Below are positions 1 to 10,490 of a stretch of 64,000 nt of DNA, in pieces (positions within the stretch are counted from its first letter, which is position 1; every line of letters starts with the position of its first letter). The notes under the pieces are model-generated. The model made no database searches, had not been told where the DNA came from, and saw only the letters and a list, made by a program, of their open reading frames with translations. The translations under genes and the position numbers were made by a program. This stretch comes from Mytilus edulis. Its lineage: Eukaryota. The stretch spans positions 5,332,001 to 5,396,000 of the forward strand of contig NC_092347.1 of the NCBI RefSeq assembly GCF_963676685.1. Reading direction: 5' to 3'.

Positions 1-1753
1 CAAATTCTAAAGCATTCTTATCAATTTTGATTTGTTAAACTTTAAATCCCAATAAAACACCACATGGAAAGTTAAAAATTCATGTTCCGATTACATAATA
101 AAGAATAGACAAATTCACCTGTAATATAGGCCTATTAGATTCTTTTTTAAACTAAAATATATACTCTTTCTATATGTTTGGGACTTTTCATGTGTGCAAC
201 CAAACTAACAAAAAATGTTTGATTGAAAAGTATAATCTGGTTCATTATGAAGTAGTCAGATCTAGCACCACGTTTCTATACCCATTACGTCATACAGACT
301 AACAGATAGTACAAGCAGGTTTCTCTTCAGATAGGTTTTTGCAATTATGAGAAATAAATCAATCAAATTTGTAATGTTATCGATTATAGATGTGTTTTAT
401 TTATAATGATTGTGTAATATGACGTACATTCATTTGTTTGGTTCAAAGAATCATTATTTATAATTGAACGATTTAAAAAAATCTTTAAGGATGTGTGTAC
501 CCAAGCTTTACCGATATTGTCAAAATAAACTCAACATCATTCTGTACAAATAAGGAGGTGTGGTATGATTGCCAAATGAGACAAAAGTTAAAATGGAGTG
601 GAATTTGACCATAATAGGCTACCGTACAGCCTTCAACAATGAATCCCGTACCGTAAAGTCGGCTATAAAAGATCCCGACATCAACATCATGTGGTACTCT
701 TTTTATGATATTGATGACGATGAATAATTCAGGCTCGTTCAATTTATATTATTAAAAATGCTTCCTCATCTATTGTTAGCTATGAACGAATCCACAATAG
801 AAGAAATACGTCATTTTGTCAAGGGTCTTCTTTTCTATCTAAGTAGAGATTAACGAACTGATTGCATTCATAAAGAGATCTATTAGTATAATAGGGCTCT
901 GTAGTACAACCTTCTTTATCTAAATTAGATATAGGACAGTTATAAATAAATACCCAATTTTGCATATTTCGTCAACAAAAGAAAATATTTCCGTGATTGA
1001 TTATAACTATTGTCCCTGTATCCTGTCTTTTGTTCAAGATACCGATACCATTCTTGACCGTATTCGTTCTCTCAAAGAAAATTGATCTATAAATGTCATT
1101 TCTGTAGACAAAAATGTTTCCTTGAATATTCGTATCTTTGAAAAATAAATCCACAAGTAGAAATATCTCGGTTATCCAAAGTCTCCTAGCGTATCAACGT
1201 AGACTTGTCAACAAACTGAAATCAAGTCGGTAAGTTGGTCAAATGTACAGTGACAATCGCAAAAAAAAGAGTAGAATGAATAAGTCACCATTACTTAGTC
1301 ACCATGACTTTGTATACCAAAAACATGCATGAACAATTAAAAAAAAAAAAATAAGAATGTTATATCAAGATTTCCTATGGCAATGAAAAACAAGAAATTT
1401 ACCAATTGATAAAGAAGAAAGAATACCAGAAAATTAATGTTAAAATGTTTCTATCATACCAAAACTATACACTAATTTAGCATGGGCAATTATATCACTA
1501 AATACTATTGTAAGTATGATATGTGCAAATATCTAGTGAAGTCATATAACTTGTCTTGATTAAAAACATTTGCCTCCGAGATAACTGATGGATTGACTTT
1601 CTCCTATTTTGCTGTTTTGAGCGCTTGCAGTATTATATGTAACATGTATCTTGTAATTGGGTACAGATGGGTTCCGGGTATATCATCTTTTCTTTTATAA
1701 ACACGTGTAAGTCGGTTAATTATAGGTTTGAACCCAAACCCTTCCCTTTTCAG

Positions 1754-1837
1754 ATGAAACACCCTAGAATCTACTTTTAAAAAAGGTTGGATCTGCGCCA
1801 CAGATGTCTCACATCTCGCATCGTTTCCACTTCAAAG
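1754..1837 (+). other. Candidate 84-nt exon (non-coding, or from an upstream gene)
   Basis: Acceptor CCCTTCCCTTTTCAG| and donor AAG|GTAATT flanking a locally GC-richer segment. Confidence 0.35.
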
Positions 1838-2044
1838 GTAATTATTGCGTTAAATATGTCTTTAGTTAGCTATAAAATTATAGAATTCAAAACTATATGT
1901 TTAAGTAGTAATAATTACTGTGTTGAAATTATATGTTACCTTTTATCTGCACGAGCTCATTAGTTTACACCTGTCATGTAATCATTTAAAGTTCGACTTA
2001 CTTAAGTGAAAACTATCATTGTCTGTGTAAGCATTAAAATTCGC

Positions 2045-2135
2045 ATTTATTAAATTGTTTGTAAGCATTTATTAAATTGTTTGTAAGCATTTATTAAATT
2101 GTTTGTAAGCATTTATTAAATTGTTTGTAAGCATT
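2045..2135. repeat. 22-bp tandem repeat (about 4 copies)
   Basis: GCATTTATTAAATTGTTTGTAA repeated. Confidence 0.9.
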
Positions 2136-2261
2136 AAAATTCACATCTTTATTTGTTGTCTGTGTAATCATTCAAATTCGCATCTCTAAAACTGTCTGTG
2201 TAAGCATCATTAATATTTTCTATGTAGGCATTTAAATTCGAATATATAAAAGTGTCTTTGT

Positions 2262-4255
2262 ATGCATTAAAATTCACAACCCTAATAGTGTCTGTGTGTG
2301 TAAGCATTACAATTCAGAACCATAATAGTGTCTGTATGTGTATGCATTACAATTCACAACCCTTATAATGTCTGTATGTGTAAGCATTACAATTCACAAC
2401 CCTAATAGTGTCTGTATGTGTATGCATTACAATTCCCAACCCTAATAGTGTCTGTATGTGTATGCATTACATTTCACAACCCTAATAGTGTCTGTATGTG
2501 TAAGCATTACAATTCATAACTCTAATAGTGTCTGTATGTGTAAGCATTACAATTCACAACTATAATAGTGTCTGTATGTGTAAGCATTACAATTCACAAG
2601 CCTTATAGTGTCTGTATGTGTAAGCATTACAATTCACAACCCAATTCACAACCTAATAATGTCTGTAAGTGTATGCATTACAATTCACAACCCTTATTAT
2701 GTCTGTATGTGTAAGCATTACAATTCACAACTCTAATAGTGTCTGTTTGTGTAAGTATTACAATTCACAACCCTAATAGTGTCTGTATGTGTATGCATTA
2801 CAATTCACAACTCTAATAGTGTCTGTATGTGTAAGCATTACAATTCACAACTCTTATAGTGTCTGTTTGTGTAAGCATTACAATTCACAACTCTTATAGT
2901 GTCTGTATGTGTATGCATTACAATTCACAACTCTAATAGTGTCTGTATGTGTAAGCATTACAATTCACAACTCTAATAGTGTCTGTATGTGTAAGCATTA
3001 CAATTCACAACCCTAATAGTGTCTGTATGTGTATGCATTACAATTCACAACTCTAATAGTGTCTGTTTGTGTAAGCATTACAATTCACAACTCTTATAGT
3101 GTCTGTTTGTGTAAGCATTACAATTCACAACTCTTATAGTGTCTGTATGTGTATGCATTACAATTCACAACTCTAATAGTGTCTGTATGTGTAAGCATTA
3201 CAATTCACAACTCTAATAGTGTCTGTATGTGTATGCATTACAATTCACAACTCTTATAGTGTCTGTTTGTGTAAGCATTACAATTCACAACTCTAATAGT
3301 GTCTGTTTGTGTAAGCATTACAATTCACAACTCTTATAGTGTCTGTTTGTGTAAGCATTACAATTCACAACCTAATAATGTCTGTAAGTGTATGCATTAC
3401 AATTCACAACCCTAATAATGTCTGTATGTGTAAGCATTACAATTCACAACTCTAATAGTGTCTGTTTGTGTAAGCATTACAATTCACAACTCTATTAGTG
3501 TCTGTATGTGTATGCATTACAATTCACAACTCTAATAGTGTCAGTTTGTGTAAGCATTACAATTCACAACTCTTATAGTGTCTGTTTGTGTAAGCATTAC
3601 AATTCACAACTCTAATAGTGTCTGTATGTGTATGCATTACAATTCACAACTCTAATAGTGTCTGTATGTGTAAGCATTACAATTCACAACCCTAATAGCG
3701 TCTGTATGTGTTTGCATTATAATTCACAACCCTTATAGTGTCTGTATGTGTATGCATTACAATTCACAACTCTAATAGTGTCTGTATGTGTAAGCATTAC
3801 AATTCACAACTCTAATAGTGTCTGTATGTGTAAGCATTACAATTCACAACCCTAATAGTGTCGGTATGTATATGCATTACAATTTACAACTCTAATAGTG
3901 TCTGTATGTTTTTGCATTACAATTAACAACCCGTATAGTGTCTGTATGTGTATGCATTATAATTCACAACCCTAATACTTTCTGTTTGTGTAAGCATTAC
4001 AATTCACAACTATAATAGTGTCTGTATGTGTAAGCATTACAATTCACAACCCTAATAGTGTCTGTTTGTGTAAGCATTACAATTCACAACTCTTATAGTG
4101 TTTGTATGTGTAAGCATTACAATTCACAACACTAATAGTGTCTGTATGTGTAAGCATTACAATTCAGAACTCTGATAGTGTCTGTTTGTGTAAGCATTAC
4201 AATTCAAAATTCTAATAGTGTCTGTATGTGTAAGCATTACAATTCACAACTTTAA
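2262..4255. repeat. 40-bp minisatellite (about 49 copies)
   Basis: AATTCACAACTCTAATAGTGTCTGTATGTGTAAGCATTAC. Confidence 0.97.
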
Positions 4256-5961
4256 TATTTTCTATGCAAGGATCAAAATTTGCATCCAGGTAGCTTTAGT
4301 CCTCTTTTACATTGACGATTTATAAGTTAAAGATAGTAAACTAAAGCCGGGATAATCTCTTCTCCGTATAGCTCTCTTACTTTACTATGACCTCTGTATT
4401 ACTTTTTATATTCTTTTGAAGTCTCATTTGATACAAAGTTCCTCATGTAACAATACTACTTTTGGGTTACTTACAAATAAATTTTAGTATTCTAGTTGAA
4501 GGGTATGTCATTGACATCTATGTAATCTCCAATTACGAATCATCACTTGTGTTTTTCTTGAGATAATGATGAGTGCCACCTGTGCACAGGAACCACCCGT
4601 GCACAGAAAGTATATTGTGTACTTACCTTTCGGCACAAATGATATCACTCAATCTTTAATTCTCTTTGTAGTGTTTTGCGAATTATTGTTTTCTTCAGTT
4701 TTATTTTGTTCTTAGTGTTGCTATTTTGGTATTCGCTTGGTATCTTTTTTTACCACCAGTCGAAAAAAAAAATTCAAATTATGAAATATTTTACGTTTCA
4801 TAACATAAGATTTGCATACTACTATATAAAATAAAATCTTAATCAACAAACATGCAAAGGACTTATTTTGTAAAAACCTTGATCCGTAGAGCTCTGTAAC
4901 AGTTCCGGATAAACATTTGCCAAGTGTTTTGTTTGTATAATTCATTTAAAATGTTTGCACCCGAGTCAATCAGCTTGTAGTATTTAATGTCTGTTTTATT
5001 TCACCATCGCAATTATGCACTTTTCAATACGATACAAATAGACTATAATAAAGAAATCATAAACATGCATGTTTCCAAGGCAAAATGCATTTTTAGCATT
5101 CTGATAACTGATATATCTATTAATTCTGTAACATGTGTTTTATTATACACATGAGAATATCTTCAAGGGTAAGTGGTTATCATCTTTGTTTGTGGAAGCA
5201 TAAAATGTTCACGGGTTATTCTGCAAGATTAAACACACTTTTCTAAATATGGACATGAAACGTTTTTAGAAAGCACAGACGATTATTTTTAGTTGACCTG
5301 TCTCAGGTTTACTCAATGACATATATGTAAAATTTCCTCAATTTCACTCGTGATTGTACATAATTTTATAGTTTGTATCGTGACGAGGAAGACTTTATAT
5401 TACTATATTTAGACAATTTTAAATAGATTTTTGACCGATAGTTTTAAAGGCTTTGTTTTATCAATGTATTTTTTCCGGGTTATGCATTGTAGTTAAAAAA
5501 ACTTCCCCTTTTACTGCATGGAAAGAAATTACTAAACAAGAATTTAGAACAGTTCAATTCATTTATAATGCATGAAAACAATATGATAGATCAAGATAAA
5601 GGGAAAATAGGACTGTAACAATTTTAAGTATAGTTGTAGGCGCATTCAAGGTTAAGCAGAGATTAAATCAGTTTAAATGAATCTAAATCTCACCCATATA
5701 CATGACACAAACTCAAATATATAGTAGCATATAGCATATAGGTTAGACAGAGATAATTGTATGTGGTATGTACATTAGATTTAAGGGGGTACCCTATATA
5801 GATTTGGCTTGTTTAATTCTCAAAATTGACCAGTTGATAAAAGTATTTAAAAAAAATCAAGCAATTTAAACCACATAATTAACCGGGATCATTTCAGTTT
5901 GACAAACACTAATTTTGATCATTCAAAAGTTTGATTTCTCTTTACTGTATAGTGTTAACTC

Positions 5962-6093
5962 GTGATGAACCAGGGGTATGTCAAAGAACGTCTCGTCCTT
6001 TTTCTAAAACAGTTCATCGGAAGGTACCAAGAAATTCTTGATAAATATTCCGTATCAACTTCACAAATAATACACGATGGTCTTGAAGTATAG
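5962..6093 (+). pseudogene. C-terminal fragment of a Penelope-like reverse transcriptase ORF
   Basis: Translates to MNQGYVKERLVLFLKQFIGRYQEILDKYSVSTSQIIHDGLEV*, matching my recalled QGY..RL...L.KF.GR...L...Y..S.SQ C-terminal pattern of invertebrate PLE-type RTs. Confidence 0.6.
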
Positions 6094-6157
6094 ATTTTGC
6101 ATACTGAACTTGTTTATCATTTTAATAACGTGTTATATTATTCTTTTTTTTTTTGTC

Positions 6158-6535
6158 TTTATTAATATTACTTTTACTATTAAGTCTGTTTTTTTAGATA
6201 TCCATTTGACGTAACTCTGTGCTTATGTATCCCATCATACTTTGAACGACAAAATTATTTTATGATGTGACTCTGTACCTATGTATCTTGTCATACTTTG
6301 AATGACAAAATTATTTTATTTATTAATATTACTTTTACTGTTAAGTCTGTTTTTGTGATATACATTTGACGTGACTCTGTACTTAAGTATCCAGTCATAC
6401 TTTGAACCAAACTATTATTTTATTTATTATTATTATTACTTTTACTGTTAAGTCTTTTTTTTTTTGTTATATCTATTTTACGTGACTGTATTTATGTATC
6501 CCGTCATACTTTGAACGACAAAATTATTTTATGTC
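6158..6535 (+). repeat. ~100-bp tandem repeat (about 3.5 units), probably the 3' tail of the RT element
   Basis: Repeated TATTACTTTTACTGTTAAGTCT...GACGTGACTCTGTAC...CATACTTTGAACGACAAAATTATTTTAT. Confidence 0.75.
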
Positions 6536-6649
6536 TACCTGTGCGACTTGCAAACGCGCAATTTTACACCAGTACTTAAAACCTTCCATCCTTTATGGGT
6601 GCATTTTACATAGATAAATAAAATCGTATAATATAAGCAAAATGAGGAT

Positions 6650-7024
6650 GTTAAATTTGATGTATGCCTTTTTGTGCTTCTTCGTTACATTTGTTGTTTT
6701 TATAGTGATTAAGATGATAACACAATGTTGACTGCTGTACCCCTATTTTTGACATGTTTACCTATTGTGTCTGTTTGTTTTGTTCACGCATCGGTAACAC
6801 TATAATAGAATTTGATGCGACTGTTATACAAGTGAGAGGTTTAGCTAGCTATAAAACCAGTTTCAATCCAACATTTTCTACATAAGAAAATGCCTGTACC
6901 AAGTCAGAAATATGACAGTTGTCCATTCGTTTGATGTGTTTGAACTTTTGATTTTGCCATTTGATTGGGGACTTTCCTTTTTGAATTTTCCTTGGAGTTC
7001 AGTATTTTTGTGATTTTACTTTTT
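6650..7024 (-). mobile_element. Dispersed ~375-bp repeat (family B)
   Basis: Highly similar reverse complement of 26748-27127. Confidence 0.8.
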
Positions 7025-9189
7025 AGGAGTTATGAACCCCCATATAATGATTTTTATTGAAGCAAATATAGGAGGAACCCCCTCCCTCACCCCTTCAAAA
7101 TAAAACATTTTAATAGTTTAGACTGTTCATGCATGCACGGAAGCTATTTGTTATAAGTTGACAAGATAGTTATTATGATAATGAATGACAATAAACACAA
7201 TGTAACCATATAATGAAAGCATGTTGTTCCAAATATATATAAAAAAAACACAAAGGAAACAGTAGATTACATAAGAATCTTTTGAGCAAAGTAAGTTGAA
7301 CTGACATACTAACCTCGATTTATTTTTCTACCGGTTATACATATATGTGTGTCACAGGAAAACACCTATAGTCCGACTATGTATGGAGTTCGACCAGAGT
7401 AGTTTAAGACAATAAAAGAAATATTTTAAATGATATTCAAGATATTTATAAAATTAAACATTAAATGTAATAAGCTTTTGATGCATTTTGCTAGACATAT
7501 TTTGAAAGTAATTTAAAAAGCAAAACGTATTGCACACATCTCTAGACTAAAAAACTGGTTAAGATGTTGTTGCATGCTCAAATCGGTTAAAAACTTGGGG
7601 AAATTTGACCGAAACTGACGTTACAATACATTTATAAACCTTTTTTAGGGGTCATAACTGTTCAATTTTTGTTGAATTGTGCCAAAAAGACGTTAACTTA
7701 TATTAATAGTTATATCACTATTTCTATGTGAAATTTGTAGTATTTTGACATGATTTTCGTCTGTTCTCCTCCATTTTTTATCGAATTAAATGCAACTGCC
7801 AAAGATCTGTTAGCGCTTAGTAACTGTAGCGTTGAATCCATATTATGTTATGCAAGATAACATAGGTTTAACGAAATGAAACAAATTTAGGAATGGTGTT
7901 GATGCTTAGGAATGCCATTGTTTTAAAAATCTACGAGGGGGAGCTTATAAACTTTCGGGGACAATGACGCTGACTCATATACTGTAACAATAACACGGTA
8001 AATTTCTGAATTGGTCTTACCTGTTTTTTTTCATGCACGAGCAAAGATGTCTTTAATTTTTGCTGGTTTTTTATGTTGGTGGATTGCTGTGTTATTTACG
8101 TTAACTACATATTATTTTTAATCCGTAATGGAACAATAAATGTCGGATAAGAAATATTTCTCTATACCGCACAGTATAATCTTCATATTTGACAATTTAT
8201 TGCAGTTACTGGCGTGGACTGTTGTTAGTGTTTACTGTTACTGCATGGTATTGACTTACTCCTGACAAAATATTACATTTTTATTGTGTAAACTCGATGG
8301 TGCAAATTTACTATCAGCCGGCAATTCCTTCCCAGCAATTATTACATCGATGTTACCAATAATGTTTGTATGTTGTGTTGGCCCGTACTGAAATGAATCA
8401 GGTTGTTGGATTTTTCTTTTAACTTGTCAAGGCATGGTATACCCTATTATACAGTATTGGTTTTGCTCTAATCTATGGCCGTATGATGACCTATAGATAA
8501 ATATCCATCTTCATTCTTTTGGTCTCTTGTGGATAATTGTCTCATTTGCAATTTAACATCTCTCTTTATTTTTATATACTTTTTAGATATTCAATGTCAT
8601 TTTCGTAGCTGTAAAGGTTTTGAACTTTATAAGAGTTTGTTCCAGACAAATTAATTACAAACCGAACAAAGCAACATGCATTTACTTTTATGTGGTGCTA
8701 TGTTAGAGAATTTATTAATTAAGGACGATCGATTCCTCTATATATTATTGATGAAGTGTTTTTGAAGAAAAAAACGAGTTGATTGAAGTACATTTTCAGT
8801 AACTGATTTGTCATAAAGTATTACTTCGAATTTAATTTGTATTCTTTTTTTTAAATTTCTATCAAGTTGGTGCTTTGTGATAACTTGCTTTTCTAATTAA
8901 GTAGAGATTACACAGCTGGTATTATCTCGTATTGCTGACATTTGTAATTCTTATTCAAACCCATTAATAGAGTGAGTAATATGATGTTTTACTTTTTTTC
9001 TCTGTGTGCTTAAGATATATTTTGAGATGAGAAGGAACGAATGTAGCGTCCTTTGGTGTCCGAGTTTCTGTGCGCGTGGTCACCAAGCTAAAAATAAAGG
9101 AGCAACAAATATTTTGAGAAAAGGGTAAAAAAAAAAGGCAAATTTTCTAGAAAAGATGAAAGGAATACCATTTTTACGAATACAATATA

Positions 9190-9387
9190 AAAAAAGAAGA
9201 TGTGGTATGATTGCCAATGAAACAATTCTCCAGAAGAGACCAAATGACACACAAATTAACAACTATAGGTCACCGTACGGACTTCAACAATGAACAAAGC
9301 CCATACCGCATAGTCAGCTATAAAAGGCCCCGAAATGCCAAATGTAAAACAATTCAAACGAGAAAACTAACGGCCTAATTTATGTAC
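9190..9387 (+). mobile_element. Dispersed non-autonomous repeat family A (AGATGTGGTATGATTGCCAATGA end)
   Basis: Related copies or fragments at ~551-680(+), 8455-8575(-), 11012-11055(+), 21222-21370(-), 24865-25120(-), 26380-26500(+), 47110-47320(-), 48825-48860(+) and 50360-50405(-). Confidence 0.75.
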
Positions 9388-9718
9388 CAAAGCAACAAGT
9401 TCATTATCGGATCCATAAAATGGCCTGATGAGTTAATTTGCAACCACTATGTCGATGCCACTGCTGGTGGAGATTTATCTTCCCGAGGGTAACACCAGCC
9501 CAGTAGTCAGCACTTCTGTGTTGACTTGAATTATTATTGATATGTTCATAATTATAAATTAATTGTTAACAAAACATTGAATTTTTGAAAATCTAAGGCT
9601 TTTCTACCTCAGGAATAGATTACCTTAGCTGTATTTGGCAAAACTTTTAGGAATTTTTTACCCTCAATGCTCTTCAACTTCGTACTTTATTTGGCCTTTT
9701 ATAACAGTTTTGATTCGA

Positions 9719-9762
9719 GCGTCACTGATGAGTCTTTTGTAGACGAAAGGCGCGTATGGCGT
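9719..9762 (+). ncRNA. Minimal type I hammerhead ribozyme motif, copy 1 (GUA triplet)
   Basis: Helix I GCGUCA/UGGCGU; core CUGAUGA at 9725-9731; helix II GUCU/AGAC; GAAA at 9745-9748; short helix III; predicted cut after 9756. Confidence 0.72.
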
Positions 9763-10083
9763 AAATATGAAATTTTATTCCTGGTATCTATGATGAGTTT
9801 ATTTGCAACCACTGGGTCGATGCCACTGCTGGTGGAGATATATTTCCCCGAGGGTATCACCAGCCCAGTAGTCAGCACTTCTGTGTTGACTTGAATTATC
9901 ATTGATATGTTCATAATTATAAATTAACTGTTAACAAAACATTGAATTTTTAAAAAACTAAGGCTTTTCTGCCTCATGAATAGATTACTTTAGCTGTATT
10001 TGGCAGAACTTTTAGGAATTTTTGACCCTCAATGCTCTTCAGCTTCGTACTTTATTTGGCCTTTTATAACATTTTTTATTTGA

Positions 10084-10127
10084 GCGTCACTGATGAGTCT
10101 TTTGTAGACGAAAGGCGCGTCTGGCGT
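10084..10127 (+). ncRNA. Minimal type I hammerhead ribozyme motif, copy 2 (GUC triplet)
   Basis: Same fold as copy 1; predicted cut after 10121. Confidence 0.78.
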
Positions 10128-10446
10128 AAATATTAAATTTTATTCCTGGTATCTATGATGAGTTTATTAGCAACCACTGGGTCGATGCCACTGCTGGTGG
10201 AGATTTATTTCCCCGAGGGTATCACCAGCCCAGTAGTCAGCACTTCTGTGTTGACTTGAATTATCATTGATATGTTCATAATTATAAATTAACTGTTAAC
10301 AAAACATTGAATTTTTGAAAAACTAAGGCTTTTCTACCTCATGAATAGATTACTTTAGCTGTATTTGGCAAAACTTTTAGGAATTTTTGACTCAATGCTC
10401 TTCAACTTCGTACTTTATTTGGCCTTTTATAACATTTTTGATTTGA

Positions 10447-10490
10447 GCGTCACTGATGAGTCTTTTGTAGACGAAAGGCGCGTCTGGCGT
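10447..10490 (+). ncRNA. Minimal type I hammerhead ribozyme motif, copy 3 (GUC triplet)
   Basis: Same fold as copy 1; predicted cut after 10484. Confidence 0.78.

Noticed and set aside
5781-5945. Possible Kolobok-type left end (TTAAGGGGGTAC)
   Set aside because: No right terminus or second TTAA identified
7932-7965. Mariner-like terminus TACGAGGGG
   Set aside because: No matching second terminus or transposase sequence seen
9667-9914. Short ORFs on both strands in the 365-bp repeat
   Set aside because: Non-coding retrozyme sequence; frames not preserved between units
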